Shown here: positions 1-13,764 of the stretch, piece after piece
How the letters are laid out: the number at the start of each line of letters is the position of its first letter
Numbering within the stretch: the first letter of the stretch is position 1
Assembly (NCBI GenBank): GCA_026770705.1
Contig: JANJGN010000210.1
Coordinates: 620,001 to 684,000, forward strand
Direction of reading: 5' to 3'
From: Isurus oxyrinchus
Taxonomy: Eukaryota
Length of the DNA: 64,000 bases
Notes under the pieces: generated by a model
Told to the model about the DNA's origin: nothing
What the model saw: only the letters and a program-made list of their open reading frames with translations
Databases searched by the model: none
Translations under genes and position numbers: made by a program

Positions 1-94
1 CCAGCTCCACAGCCATAGAACCTCTCACAGGTAACAGAGCATAGCATTAAAAGCTTTAAATTTTAGATGAATGGTCAAAAATACTCACCTTTTT

Positions 95-312
95 TATTCA
101 TTCATGGGATGTGGACTTCGCTGGCTGGGCCAATATTTATTGCCCATCCCTAATTGCCTTTGAGAAGATGGTGGTGAACTGCCTTCTTGAACTGCTGCAG
201 TCCATGTGGTGTGGGTACACCCACAGTGCTGTTTGGAATGGAATTCCAGGATTTTGAACTAACAACAGTGAAGGAACGGCAATATATTTCCAAGTCAGGA
301 TGGTGAGTGACT
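95..312 (-). mobile_element. SINE/LINE-tail repeat inserted into a small exon-like segment
   Basis: Same sequence recurs at 25345-25615 (+) and 26845-27100 (-), and its 3' end matches the tRNA-headed SINE at 27545; it interrupts a segment that is contiguous at 17785-17945. Confidence 0.7.
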
Positions 313-539
313 CGCTTCTGAAGCGATTTCACTGTTTTCAATTTTAAAATCTCCTGTTGGAACCTGCAGCTGCAAAGATATCAGAAGCACTGGAGTCACA
401 GAGAAAAATCTCCCAGTTGAGGAAATACCTGGGGAGCGGAGTGATGTCACCACGCAATTGTCGATGTGTGATGACATCACAAACACGAACACAGAACATC
501 TGGGTCTGTGCAAACCAGTGATCACCACACATTATGAAG

Positions 540-835
540 GATGTGAGGGCCCATGAAAGGCTGCAGGGGAAATTTACCAGAATGGTTCCAGGGATGAGGG
601 ATTTTAATTGCAATGTTAGGTTGGAGAAACTGGGGTTGTTCTCCTTGGAGCAAAGGAGATTGAAGGGAGATTTGATAGAGGTAGACAAATTCATAATAGA
701 TTTAAATAAGGTAGATAACGAAAAGCTGTACCCATTAGCAGACCACAAAATGATTTGGGGAAACAAATTTAAGATCTACAGGGGGATTGTGAGGAAGAAA
801 ATTTACACAGTGAATTTTAATGACCTGGAACTCAA
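540..835 (+). mobile_element. CR1-type LINE 3' fragment
   Basis: ORF FTRMVPGMRDFN..RLEKLGLFSLEQRRLKGDLIEV is the typical CR1 ORF2 C-terminus. Confidence 0.8.
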
Positions 836-1034
836 TGCCTACACTCGAAGGCCAATAATATCCAGGTCCTGATGAATCGATTGATTTTATCAGTCCTGAT
901 GTGGTGCTTGGCTTTAAATTTCCGTTGGCAAATTCTCCCCTTCTAACCCACTATAAAAGGAGTTTCCAAAACCCACCCCTGTCAGTCCAGGATGGAAATT
1001 CACAATATTCTCTCCTCCTGCTGACAGAGATGAC

Positions 1035-1095
1035 CGCGCATGCGTCCTGCTGCACATTGACCCCGCTCAAGATGGCGGCCGTTAACCCGGGTCTG
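1035..1095. promoter_or_regulatory. Duplicated CpG promoter module (NRF1-like GCGCATGCG plus YY1 CAAGATGGCGGC)
   Basis: Motifs seen directly; the module recurs near 9310-9390, 18615-18800, 23640-23720 (inverted) and 36400-36450. Confidence 0.55.
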
Positions 1096-2689
1096 TGACC
1101 ACAGGAAGCTCAGTGGCTCCAGGAAACCCCAGACCGGGCTGAGAGCTTCTTATTCAGGGTTTGACACTTTCACCTTGGTATTCACGGAGCCTTTCCATCC
1201 ACTCACTCCTCTCATCGCTCCCTCTGACACGCAGGTACCTTATTGGCCGCAGAGAGGACATACAGGTACGTTCCCTTCGCTATCACTCCTAATGCGCATG
1301 CTCCGAACACTGTGCTATCCTGCACTTGCGCAATGGGCTCCTGTGGTCTGGATGGGGGACATTCTCCGCCGCGAAGGATGCTGGGGAAATGCCCCGCCAT
1401 TGTAGATTAGACATGGTTTTCGTGATTTCTTTACTGTTACCGGGTGCAGACTGGGACTAAAGGAACACAAATAAAATTAGAAAACAGGTTTTAGAGGAAC
1501 CTAAATGCACAGGCCATTATCCACTTCCAGAGAAGGGGAATTGGCATTGGTCAGGAAAGAGTCACCAAAACAGTAGCAATAATTGTAGAATCAATCCCCT
1601 GTTGAGCTCACATGTGAGCTCACTAGTATCTCAGCAGGTGCGATGAACAAGTGATTCTTTTCCTATCAAATGGAACATTTAAAAAGACTCTCTACAGTAA
1701 AAATGTGCTGATATTGCATGAAACCCTTTGAATCTTTAACTGCAGGGTGAACAGTTGGAAAAACAACAAAATGCCCTCACTCTCATGAAATATGTCAACA
1801 CCCTCTCTCTGATGTGACTGTGCTGCTTTGTCAGTAAAGGGGATGACCAAGTGCATCTCTTCTACATTCAGCTGCTGAGCAGTCAATCTGTGGTGTGACT
1901 GTATCATGAGTTTTCAGCTCTGACAGGGAGTTCACTCCCCTCCCATAGTCAATGACTTGCATCTTTATAGCAGATTAACAGTATAAAAATGTTCCAAAAC
2001 CCTTCACAGGAGTGTTAACTGTCCACACATTAAAATGGATGATTGCTGACATTTGTATGCTCGAGTGTCCAATTTAGTCCCAAAACACAGCTGTAATTTC
2101 CATACAATTAAAACAGGAATGCACAGATATTACTGACACAAATCAGTGGCTCTGAAAAATGGTCTCTTATATTGTATAACACACTGATGGTTGTGAAACC
2201 GCAGATCCTCTGGTTCTGTTTGATCCAAGCCTTCGTTGACCTGTTAGCAATATAACATACACTGGAATTATTTGTGTATTTCATGATTGTTACATCACAC
2301 ACATTTATTTCAGTCAAATGCCTTATGGCTGATTGTTTCCCAGGCAGATTAATTACACTAATCTTAAGTAACTAGTGTTTTCTGTCTTCTAATTTTGTTT
2401 ATTTTGTTTTAGCATTCAGTCGATCTCATTTTTATTTCCATGGGCACTTGTTGCTTGTATTTTCCCTATAAATTTCTTCTTTATACTGTTTCTAAATCAA
2501 TTTCCCACCTGCTTCATGCCTCACCATCCTGACCATTCAGACAATGTTCCCAAAGTTGGTAAGAATATAAGATGTATCAAGCAGTATGGTGTATGCATTT
2601 AATCCATTATGTGTCTGCCATTTTCACCAGTTTCTCCCTGTCCTCCTGAAGTTTGTTATTATCCTCCTCACTGTTTCTTATATTTCTGA

Positions 2690-3180
2690 GTTTTGAAACA
2701 CATGCAAATTTTGAAATTCAGCCCTGTGTACCCAAGTCTACTTCATTGATATATAATAAACAGAGCAGCAGTGCCAACACTGAACACTCGGGTCACACTG
2801 CTGAAAACTTCCCTCCATCCTGAAAAACAGACATTTCTGCTTTCTGTCCCTGAACCAATTTAATATACAGGCAGCCACTAACCTTTTAATCTGATGGGTT
2901 TCAACTTTGCTGACAAGTCTATTGTGTGGTACTATACTAGCCACCGTTTTATCCACCAAGGCATCAACTCCAGTACTTTATACACTCTTGCTTGATGAAG
3001 TTAGTCAAATACAATTTGCTTTTAACAAATTGATGATGGTTTCCATTTATTAATCCATACTTTTCCAAGTGGCAATTGTATTTCGCCCGGATTATTAGCT
3101 TCATCATTGCCCCACCACTGATGTTAAGCTGATTGGCTGCAATTGCTGTGTTTTTGAACAGGGGAGAATTACCAGATTGT
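2690..3180 (-). mobile_element. Degenerate CR1 RT fragment
   Basis: Translations VPHNRLVSKV..NWFRDRKQ and HLEKYGLINGNHHQFVKSKLYLTN resemble CR1 RT. Confidence 0.65.
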
Positions 3181-4544
3181 GGCCAGATCCTCCACAAATT
3201 CCATCTGAAGGACACTGTCTCTCACAGTGCAGCAGTCCCTCAATGTCACACTGGAGTGTCAGCCTAGATAATGTGCTCAGGTATATTAATAGTTCCTGTT
3301 GCTATCGATGTGGATCATTAAGATAATGTCATCCAGTCCTGGTATGATGATATCATGAAGACCATTAAATAAGAGTGGAGCCTTAGTGGTGAAAAAAGTT
3401 TTGTTCGAGATGGCAGCAAGTCCATCGCTTATAAATCTGTAAATGAAACTAATGGAAAAGAAAGCTAGGGAACACATGAACATCAGGAGTAATGTTGTAA
3501 ATTGTGAAGTTGTGCAATATGTATGGCTCCTTTTAGATATTGTGCAATATATGTCCTATGACATTGCAGCTGCAATGATCAAAGTCAGGGAATATTGGAC
3601 TACAGAGTCAAAACAACATTATACTCTTTCTCCTTGTAACCTGCCTTAGAATTCTCTTCATCAACTGGACCATCAATATAGAAGAATTTGCATCTTCTGT
3701 AATTACAAGAGGAAAATTAGAGGCGGTAATTATCCCAGGATTATGCCCTGTATTGTACGCTATCTCTAAATGAGGCTGATAACCCAGGGTGGCAATAGAT
3801 TGCTCAATGTTAATGTTTTGTTGTTGCCTCTGTGCCAAATGTTGTTCAGTATAGATTTAAGGTTCAGAGAAAGAGGTGGAATTGCATGGGCAAAACTGCT
3901 TGTAGTCTTTGGAGGGTAATGTTTCGTTGAATTTCTCAAACATTGTGGCCCTTACAGGCCCCATTACTTTATCCCCAATGTTAGTCAGGTTGGTTAACAT
4001 CCACCCAATTGGACAGGAAGTTTCCCCGTGTGTATCTGTTTGTGTGGGTGTTGGTGTGTCCATGGAGAGAGAGAGAGAGATTCTTCATTCAGAGATTCTT
4101 CATCCACGGTGTAACCACAGGCTGACCATGTGCGTGTAAAGCCTGACATCTACAAAACCAGAACCCACTTCTCCTGGAACAACATGAAGAGTCTGCAGCT
4201 TTCCAGATCCCTTCCTCTCCCCTCACTATGACCCTCAGATAGTTCACAAATTCCTTGTGTGCATTATCCTACAACACCACTGGAGCCTCATCAAGTTAGC
4301 AATGGGATTGCTGCCAGCACAGGAATCAGCTCTGAAATACTGTGACTCTTCCTGCAGTAATACACTGAGCCAGATCTTCTCACCTGACACCAATCCATAT
4401 TCCCATCCGAGTTCTAGAGTTTTATGTGATTGTAATAGAAAATGTAATGCAATAGAAAATACATATCATTTAACCCCTCCAAATGTGATTGAGCACTCAT
4501 CACCCCCACCCCCACCCGAACTACAAGAGGTTGTCTTTGAGATT

Positions 4545-5045
4545 GAAAGCAAGATACTGCAATGCTGGAAATCTGAAACAAAAACAGAAAATTCTTGAAA
4601 AACTCAGCAGGCCTAGCAGCATCGGCGGAGAAGAAAAGAGTTGACGTTTTGACTCCTCATGACCCTTCAACAGAACAGCGGTTCTGTTGAAGGGTCATGA
4701 GGACTCGAAACATCAACTCTTTTCTTCTCCACCGATGCTGCCAGACCTGCTGAGTTTTTCCAGGTAATTCTGTTTTTGAAACAGAGTTAATGTTTAGAGT
4801 CCATATGGCCCTTCTTCAGAGATGGAGAGAAGTAGAAATGTGATGAAATTTATTCTGTTTAAGGGGGGGGTTGGAGCAGGTGAAGCTGGATAGAAGGCCA
4901 GCAATAGGTGGGGGCAAAGGAGAGATTGACAAAGATGTCATAATCAAAAGGACAAAGGGAGTGTTAATGGTAGTGGTAAGGGATAAAAATAGGTGCTGAT
5001 AGTAGCATTAAGGTAAGAAAGCAGAATGTGATAATGGCAGAATAA
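4545..5045. mobile_element. Nested Penelope-like (pLTR) terminal fragments, including a head-to-head inverted pair
   Basis: Matches the 3' end of the Penelope element at 16200-16320; arms of about 100 bp around a 4-nt loop at 4677-4680. Confidence 0.75.
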
Positions 5046-5309
5046 GGGTAAGCCCACAACGACACCTGATAACCACGAATAGTAATAACTTCTATCAGGG
5101 AGATAGAACAGGGAGATGTGACATTGATAGTGAGATGAGTCATGAGATAAGTGCATTTAAGTCCAGAAAGAGGTTGTTTAAATCAGTGCTTCCCAGATCT
5201 TTTCCCAGTGTGACCCCATTTTAATGCCTCAGACTTTGTGTGACCCCAGAGTGAAAATTTGAGGGTACACAACCTGTTGAGTGGAGTTGGAAGGATCGTT
5301 GATGTACTT

Positions 5310-5920
5310 GGGCTCTGATTATTAATATAATAGCCTCCTGGTTATTCATCTTATAGGATCCTGATTATGGACACAATTGGAAAATGACTTTAATGTAATA
5401 GGATCCTGATTATTGATGCCATAGGACTTTAATTATTAATTGAAATAATTCTGATTATTAATGCATTAGCATCCTGATAATTGCAATAATTTCCTGATAA
5501 TTGAACCAATAGGCAAATGCATTAATGCAAATGGAACCGTGTAATTAAATGTAATTAGATCCTTATTATTAATGTAATAGAATCCTGATTATTAATCTCA
5601 TAGGATGATTATTTATACAATAAGGTATTGATTATTGATGAAATAGGCACCAGACTATTAATGTAATGGAATCTTGATTATTAATGTAATAGGATCCTCT
5701 TTATTGATGCAATAGGATTCTGATTATTAATGTAACAGTATCCTGATTATTAATACACTATGATGCTGATTATGAATATATTTTCCTGATTATTAATGTA
5801 TTATGATCCTATTAATACATTATGATTCTGATTATTAATATATTATGATTTTGATTAATATATTATCCTATTAATATATTACAATCCTGATTATTAATAC
5901 ATTGTGATTCTGATTATTGA
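5310..5920. repeat. Degenerate AT-rich minisatellite, unit about 23 bp (GGATCCTGATTATTAATGTAATA)
   Basis: Unit visibly repeated many times with divergence. Confidence 0.8.
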
Positions 5921-6069
5921 AGAAATCAGCTTTTCAGAAAAAATGAACACTAACCTTTTCACGAGCTTTTTCTGCAGCAGCAATTCGGCCTCAAAGCAGT
6001 CCATTAGGTCACGTCCGCCAATAAAAACAGGAGCCGGCTTTTCAAACTTTTGTCACATTCTAAGCATTA

Positions 6070-6300
6070 AACCCCCTCTCTCTCCAGTATGAACTTGCTG
6101 GTGTGTCTAAGAGCTGAATGACCAAGCGAATCCCGTCCTACACAAGGAGCAGGTGAACTCCCTGGTATGTTTGTGTTGATGAATTTCCAACTCAAATGAG
6201 TATTTTCATCCCTTTCCACTGTCCCCACATTAACATGGTTTCTCCCCAGTGTGACTGGGCTATTGTCTTGACAGGCCAGATGATTGGCTGAATCCTTGTC
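6070..6300 (-). pseudogene. Decayed C2H2 zinc-finger remnant
   Basis: DNA resembles finger and linker units of neighbouring ZNF genes (ccagtatgaacttgctggtg, gagcaggtgaa, catggtttctcc); no ORF. Confidence 0.6.
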
Positions 6301-6639
6301 CAGTGATATGATGAAGGAGTGGAGGAGTGGGATTAACTGGATTGCTCTTTGAAAGAGCCAATGCAGATTCGATGTGCCAAGTGGTCTCCTTCTGTACTGT
6401 ACTCTGATGAGATCCTATGATTCTATAACAGGATGATGATTCATAATAAACACCTTACAAATGAATCATAGAGCTCAGAAGGTTTCACATTCAGCTCATT
6501 TTTTCTGTACTATCACTCTGAAAATGTTGCCATTCTGTCCCACTCCCCTGATCTTTCTCCTGAGCCCTGAAAAATCTTTCCTTATGAAATAAAAAGCCCA
6601 AATCACTTTTGAAGTTACTATTAGATCTGCTTCCATTAG

Positions 6640-7080
6640 TCATTCAGACAATGTCTTCTAGATCATCAGAACTCACTGAGTAAAATAACCTCTCCTCATC
6701 TCCATCCAGGATTTTTTGCCATTTTAAATCTGTGTCCTACAGTTACCAACCATCTTGCCAATGGAAACAATTTCTCCCTATTTGATAAAAATTCTTCAAA
6801 AATGCTCACACCTCTATTAAAATTACTCCTTAACCTTCTCTGCTCCAAAGAGAACCATCCCAGATTCTCCAGTCTCTCCAGATAACAGAAATCCCTCATC
6901 CCTGATAGTATTCTGGTCAATGTTCCGCGTACTCTCTCCAAGGCCTTGACATCTTTCCTGAAGTGTGGTGCTCAGAACTGAACACAATATTTGAGCTGAG
7001 GATTAAAAAGTGATTAATAAAGATTCAGTGTGAGTTCCTTGCTTTTGTACTTCATGTCTCCATTAATAAATGGAGGACCC
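6640..7080 (-). mobile_element. CR1-type LINE 3' fragment
   Basis: ORF ERVRGTLTRILSGMRDFCYLERLENLGWFSLEQRRLR. Confidence 0.75.
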
Positions 7081-7557
7081 CATTGTTGAGGGAAGTTAGG
7101 TGGTCAGCAGTTTAGTGAGAATAGGGTCATGGGAGCAGAAGGCAGGTCTCATGGACAAGATGAACTTTGCGGAAGTTAGAAGATAGGAGAGAAATTGGAG
7201 AAAGATGCAAGTTCAGGGCTCGGAGAAGGAAGAATTTTAGATACAGTTTTTCCCAGTGGGCTAGTGGAAGGGAGGGTAGCTGATCAGATTGTCTCAATCT
7301 TTGTGACAAAGAAGCTCCATGAGCTCCTCACACTTGTTGTTGGGAGGTGAGGATGGAGGAGGCGGGAGACAACTTCAAAAGGAACTAACGTGTTAGAGAT
7401 ATTAAGAAGATTCAACACAATGTGTCAAATACAAATCTAATTTATTTGACTTTTATCCAGAAAACTAACCATGATAACTAGGCAGGAGTTTATTAACGTC
7501 AGTAAAAATAGACAGTAATGAACATGGTTCATGGACGTGATTAAAAGCAAAATCCAG

Positions 7558-8610
7558 TCACTGTAATTGGTTGTGAACTCGCTGGTGACTCATCAGGGTG
7601 GATGACCGACTGAATCTCTTCCCACACACAAAGCAGATAAATGGTCTCTCCGTACTGTGAACTCGCTGGTGTTTCTGCATGTGGGATGACTGAGTGAATC
7701 CCTTTCCACACACGGAACAGATGAATGGTCTCGCTCCAATGTGAACTTGCTGGTGTATAGTGAGCTGAGATGATTGCCTGAATCCAGTGCCACATTGAGA
7801 GCATCTGAATGGTCTCACATCAGTGTGAACACGTTGATGGCGCATCAGTTCCTCAGAACTTTTATAGCACTTTCCGCAATCTGGGCATTTAAAAGGTCTC
7901 TCATCAGTGTGAACTCACTGATGCCACAGCAGGTTGGATGACTGAGTGAATCCCATCCCACACTCGGAGCACAGGAACGGTCTCTCCCCAGTGTGAATTC
8001 GCTGGTGTACAGTAAGTTCACATGTTTGCCTGAACCCAGCCCCACAATGAGAGCACCTGAACAGTCTCTCGTCAGTGTGAAAACGTTGATGGGACATCGG
8101 TTTCTCAAAACTTTTATAGCACTTCTCACAGTCTGTGCATTTGAAAGATTTCTTATCGGTGTGAATTTGCTGGTGCCTCATCAGGTTTGATGAATAAGTG
8201 AATCCCTTCCCACACACAGAGCAGGTGAACGGTCTCTCCCCAGTGTGACCTCGCTGATGTATAAGCAGGGTGGATGACTGAGCGAATCCCTTCCCACACT
8301 TGGGGCAGATGAATGGCCTCTCCCCAGTGTGAACTCTTCGGTGTGTCAACAGGTCAGATGAATTAATGAATCCCTTCCCACACTCGGAGCAGGTGAATGG
8401 CCTCTTCCCAGTGTGAACTCGCTGGTGTTTTAGCAGGTAGTTTGACTTTGTGAATCCCTTCCCACACTCAGAGCAGGTGAACGGCCTCTCCTCAGTGTGA
8501 ATTCGCTGGTGAATTTCCAGCTCAGATGGGTAATTGAATCCATTCTCATAGTCCCCATATTTCCATACTTTTTCCCCAGAGTGAATGGTGCTTTTTGGTT
8601 CCATGTTCAA
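7558..8610 (-). pseudogene. Tandem C2H2 zinc-finger gene with an in-frame premature stop
   Basis: ORFs 7915-8610 and 7558-7845 are in the same frame, separated by a TGA at 7915-7917 where the finger consensus has CGA (HQR); TGERPF linkers. Confidence 0.85.
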
Positions 8611-8629
8611 AGGCTGATGATTAAGAAGA

Positions 8630-9270
8630 CAAATTGAATGTTTTGGCTTCTTGCAAGGGAAATGGAATATAATAGTTGGGATGTTTTGCTACAGTTGGAC
8701 AGGTTGTTAGTAAGACCACATCAAGAGCACTGTGTACAGTTTTGGTATCCATTTTCAAGAAATGGGTATAAATGTGTTCGAAGCAGTTCAGAGAAGGTTC
8801 ACTCAGCTGATAATTGGGATTGGGGTTATTTTACGAGGAAAAATTGAACAGGCTGGTCCAGATACATTGGAGTTAAGAAGAATGAGAGGTGATCTTATTG
8901 AAACATATAAGGTCCTGAAGGGCCTTGACAGGATGGATGCTGAAATGATATTTCCCTTTGTGGGGGAGACTAGGAATAGGGGACACAGCTTAAAACTAAG
9001 AGGCCTCCTATTTAAGGCAGAGATGAGATTTTTTTTTTCTCTCAGAGGGTCGTGAATCTTTGGAATTTGTTTCCCCAGAGAGCGGTAGAGACTGGGTCTA
9101 TCAATATTTTTAAGGCAAAAGTTATAGAGACTCTTGACTAACAAGGGGGTGCAAGATTTCAGGGGAAGGCAAAATGTGAACTGGAGGTTACAGTCAGAAA
9201 TCAGCCATGATCTTATTGAATGGTGGAGCAGGCTCGAAGGGCCGAATGGCCTATTCCTGCTCCTTATTCC
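8630..9270 (+). mobile_element. CR1 LINE 3' end
   Basis: LVRPHQEHCVQFW, EAVQRRFTQLI, RRMRGDLIETYKVLKGLDR motifs. Confidence 0.85.
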
Positions 9271-9289
9271 CGCTCACCGAACAATCCCC

Positions 9290-9700
9290 GCCCACTCCCT
9301 CTTCCCTCACCAAAATGGCCGCCCATGTGCCTCGCTCCCTGAACAAGCCCCGCCTTCCTCCCTCAAGATGGCGGCCTGTTGCCTGAATAACTCGGGCCCG
9401 TCACCGGTGAGGAAGCTCCGCCTCCCTGATCCGCCCTGATTCGCAATATGGCGGCCAGTAAGCCCGCTACCCGGCCTTGTCATCGCGGGTAAATGCGGGG
9501 CCAATGGCCTCTTATTCAGGGCCTAGAGCCTACCCCAGAAGTTAATCCAGTTCCAAGTCCAGCCGCGGTTTCCGTTCCTACCCTCTGCGCACAATCTCCT
9601 CCTGCCTCCCGAATCATCCGCTCCTCCTCACTCTGTCACCATGACTGACACTGAGCATGCTCAGAGCGCACACCCACACTGCATCTGCGCACTGGACTAC
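9290..9700. promoter_or_regulatory. CpG-rich promoter-like region upstream of the 7.6-8.6 kb ZNF
   Basis: CAAAATGGCCGCC, CAAGATGGCGGC and ATATGGCGGC (YY1-like), CCCCGCCC GC boxes, high CpG. Confidence 0.55.
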
Positions 9701-12239
9701 TATCGTCGTTGATAGACTTTCTGCAGCACGGCGTATTGTGGGTAAACAAAGCCCCATTGACAGCTTGAACTGCTGACTGAAAATCAATGTCTCGGTATCC
9801 CAAGCGAGATCGGGGCCAAAGGCGTAATACAGCATAAGCGCCTATAATATGTAGAAAATCGAAAGCCTGGACCTTCCACACCTGATACGAAGACTGTGCA
9901 GTGCACCCCACCTCGCTCATCAATATCGGATTGGAAAAGGGTCAAAAAAGGTGATCAACAAGGACCAGTTCTCGTAGCACTGCTATTTGGACCTGAGAAC
10001 AAGTAATTCAATGTCAAAATTTGCAGCTGATATCAAACTAGGGACGTATATTTGAAACTGAGGAAAAATGTAACATACACATTACAAAACTTCCAGCCTA
10101 GGGAGTGAAGTGGCAAGTGAACATTAACATAGATAAAAGCAAAAAAATCTGCGGATGCTGGAAATCCAAAACAAAACTACCTGGAAAAACTGAGTTTATC
10201 CAGATGTTTTTGTTTTTGATTAACATAGATAAGTTGTGATGATGCACTTTGATGTGAAAAATACAAACATCACCTGCAACTGAGAAAATAAGAAAGTTAC
10301 TGGTGCAGAAGAGCAAAGCAATCTTTGGAAAGAAGTGAACAATTAATTAAAACCATCACTGCAAGTCAGTACATCAATTAAAAATGCTCACAAATGAGTG
10401 GCATTTATTTCTAGAGGTACAGAATTCAGAAATAGTGAAATTATGTTCAATTCATGTACGGTCCTGTGCACAGTTCTGGTTTCTGTTCTATAGAAAGGAC
10501 AATGAAGCACAGGTGAAAATGCAAAAAGATTTGCAAGGGTAAATCTCATAACTGAGATTTTGCAGTTTTTTGAAAGAATGAACAGGTTTGGGCTTTTATC
10601 TTTCGAAAAGAGAAGACTTTGAGGTGTTAGAGATCTTTTAAATTATTAACTTGTGGGAGAATAAAATACTAGCGCCATATGTGCAAGATGGCAACTAACA
10701 AATCCAACAGGCAAATAAAGGGAAACGTCTTTACTCAGAGAATGGTTAGAATGTGAAATTCGCTACCCCAGGAGGTGGTCGAGGTGAAATAGATTCAATG
10801 TTTTCAAAAGGAAAGATGGTTACATGAGAGAAGAGAGAATAGAAAGATAAGCTGAAAGACTGAGATGAGGAAGATGCAATGGAAGGAGATTCATGTGGAA
10901 GATAACCACCCAGACTAGTTGAAACAAATGGTCTGTTCCTGAACCCAATGTTCCCTGTCCTCTCTGCCCGGCTTCTGATCAGCATGTTGCACATCCACCA
11001 CTTGCACTGCATGTGCTCAGAGTACAATCCGGTGCTGAGGAATCACACTGGGCTCCTGTAGTCATTGATGAGGCACATTCTCTCACATGGAAAATTATGG
11101 GTTGTAACAGTGTAATTGAAAACCCAATTGGTGAACAGTAATTTTCGTCAACACATTGAGATGGGACCGAATGGCTTGTAATCCAATGAGGTAGAATTGG
11201 ATCGATTCTCTGGTCTGTACAGTGTGGCCCAGGAGGTGGATTAATAGTCAGGCCCATGAAACCTCCCCCCACCATAAACTTTGTTACCCTCATTACCAGC
11301 TCCATCCCCCTCCCTGACCACAGTCTGAGACTGAACCAGGCCAATTGCAACCTTAGTTTCCTATTTTACCCTGAGGTGAGGGCGACATATCCTCCTCCAA
11401 CAATAATATCACCTCCGTCCACCCCTGTAACATCAGTTGTTTCCATCCTGCCTCAGCACATTTGCTGCTGAAATCCTCATCCATGACTTTGTTACATCCA
11501 GAATCGACAATTCCAATCTTCTCCTGATTGGTCCCCCATCTTCCACCCTCCTTCAAAACTCTTCTGTGTTGTCAACAGTTTAGTGGGAATAGGGTCAATT
11601 AAGCAGAAGGTAGATCCCATGGACAAGAGGAGCTCTTGAGGGGATAAGAGGAGACAGGAGAGAAACTAAAGAAAGATGTGAGTTTAGGGCTACAGCTGGG
11701 CCGATCTTGAGGCGCAGTTTTTCCTGGTGCGCTAGTGGGAGGGAGGGAAGAGGAAGTGGCAGCTGATCAGATTGTCTCAATCTTAGAGACAAAGAAGCAC
11801 CATGAGCTCCTCACACTTGTTGGTGAGGAGGAAGAGACAGGGAAGAGGGAGAGACCTTAAAAAGGCACTAATTTGTGAGAGGTATCAAAATGGCTCATCA
11901 TGCGGTCTTTTAAAGCTGATTTATTTGACTTTTATCCAGCGTATTAACACATATAACTGGGATAGAGTTTATTAACATCGGCAGAAACAGATCCCAAAGC
12001 TATTTTTGTTTTGAGACAAGTGATGGAGAAATACCGGGAAGGTCAATACAACATGGAGATTGTTTTAAATAAAAGCAAAATACTATGAATGCTGGGAAAC
12101 TGAAATAAAACCAGAAAATGCTGAAAAAACTCAGCAGGTCTAGCAGCATCAGTGAAAATAGAAAAACCAAGTTAACGTTTCGAGTCCAGACAGATTTCCT
12201 TCCCTGAAGGATATTAGTGAACCAAAGACCCAATCTGTG

Positions 12240-12720
12240 GACTGTCGGTTTGAGCCTAAGGAAGACATTCAGAGTGAAGGTGTAAAGATGATGGGTGAAG
12301 ACTTGGACAACACGAATAGCTTCAAATACCCAGGGTAACTTGGACAATATCAGGAAGAGAGGACAACGACTGGATACTAATGAGACACAGAGGTTGAGAT
12401 GGACGTGTGGAGTGACAAGAAAGGACAGGATTAGAAACCAGTACATCAGGGAGTCAGTGAAAATTGTGGAAACATCAAAGAAAGTAGCTGAGAAGAGATT
12501 GAAATGGTCTGGTCGTTTGTCTTAGAGAGAGAGAGAAAATATGGTGAGGTGAGTGATGGACGTGGGACTGTCAGGAAGAAGAAGACGAAGGTCTAAGACC
12601 AGATGGAAAGATGTGGTGGCCAGAGACAGAAATGCAGTGGGATTGGAAGAGGAATGTTTGAGTGATAGGAGGAGATAGAGAAGGTGATCAAGCAGCATTG
12701 TGGTGACCCCAAGTAAAATG
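12240..12720 (+). mobile_element. RTE-clade LINE 3' fragment downstream of the intact ZNF
   Basis: RLRWTCGVTRKDRIRNQYIRESVKI..KRLKWSG followed by an RPK-RW-D-V-like tail is characteristic of the RTE C-terminus. Confidence 0.75.
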
Positions 12721-12804
12721 GGAGGAAGAGGAAGAAGAAAAAAAAATCCCAATGAACATGGTTCATTCCTGGATGTGGTTGACAGCAAAATCAAATCACG
12801 GTAG

Positions 12805-13764
12805 TTACTCATGAACTCGCTGGTGTCTCAGCAGGTTGGACAAGTCAGTGAATCCATTCCCACACTCGGAGCAGGTGAATGGCCTCTCCCCAGTGTGAAT
12901 CCGCTGGTGCCTCAGCAGGCTGGCTGACTGAGTGAATCCCTTCCCACACTCAGGGCAGCTGAATGGCCTCTCTCCAGTGTGCACGCGCTGGTGATTTAGA
13001 AGGGTGGATAAATCAGAGAATCCCTTCCCGCACTCAGAGCAGGTGAATGGTCTCTCCCCAGTGTGAATTCGTTCATGTACAGTGAGGTTTGTTGATCGCC
13101 TGAACCCAGTTCCACAGTGAGAGCACTTGAACGGTCTCTCCTCAGTGTGAACACGTTGGTGGGAGATCAATTGCCCAGAAGTTTTATAGCACTTTCCACA
13201 ATCTGGGCATTTAAAAGGCCTTTCATCAGTGTGAACTCGCTGGTGTATAAGCAAGTTGGATGACCGAGTGAATCCCTTCGCACATACAGAGCAGGTGAAT
13301 GGTGTCTCCCCAGTGTGAACTCGCTGGTGTGTCATCAGGTGGAATGACCGAGTGAATCCCTTCCCACACACAGGACAGGTGAATGGTCTCTCCCCAGTGT
13401 GATCACGCTGGTGTGTCAACAGGTGGGATGACTGAGTGAATCCCTTCCCACACTCGGAGCAGGTGAATGGTCTCTCCCCAGTGTGAACTCGCTGGTGTGT
13501 CATCAGGTGGAATGACCGAGTGAATCCCTTCCCACACACGGAACAGGTGAATGGTCTCTCCCCAGTGTGATCACGCTGGTGATTCAGCAGGGCGGATGAA
13601 TGAGTGAATTCCTTCCCACAGTCCTCACATTTCCATGGTTTCTCCCTGTTGTGACTGTGCTTGTGTCTCGACAGGCCAGATGATTGGCTGAAGCCTCGTC
13701 CACACACAGAACACACGTACAGTTTCTCTCCATTATGGATGGTGCTTTTCCCTTCCATATTCAA
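12805..13764 (-). CDS. Intact tandem C2H2 zinc-finger protein, 11 fingers, no KRAB/SCAN
   Basis: Uninterrupted 319-codon ORF with 11 CxxC-x12-HxxxH units and TGERPF linkers; likely ATG at MEGKS; splice acceptor ttcacag ending at 13868. Confidence 0.9.
   Translation of the reverse strand: MNMEGKSTIHNGEKLYVCSVCGRGFSQSSGLSRHKHSHNREKPWKCEDCGKEFTHSSALLNHQRDHTGERPFTCSVCGKGFTRSFHLMTHQRVHTGERPFTCSECGKGFTQSSHLLTHQRDHTGERPFTCPVCGKGFTRSFHLMTHQRVHTGETPFTCSVCAKGFTRSSNLLIHQRVHTDERPFKCPDCGKCYKTSGQLISHQRVHTEERPFKCSHCGTGFRRSTNLTVHERIHTGERPFTCSECGKGFSDLSTLLNHQRVHTGERPFSCPECGKGFTQSASLLRHQRIHTGERPFTCSECGNGFTDLSNLLRHQRVHE

Noticed and set aside
439-480. AGTGATGTCA and GATGACATCA TCR-promoter-like decamers
   Set aside because: No V exon, leader or RSS nearby; they sit in ZNF-associated duplicated sequence
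3608-4063. Protein-like minus-strand ORF fragments (also 10979-11350 and 32422-32880)
   Set aside because: No motif I can recognise; they may be old retroviral or gene fragments and need a translated search
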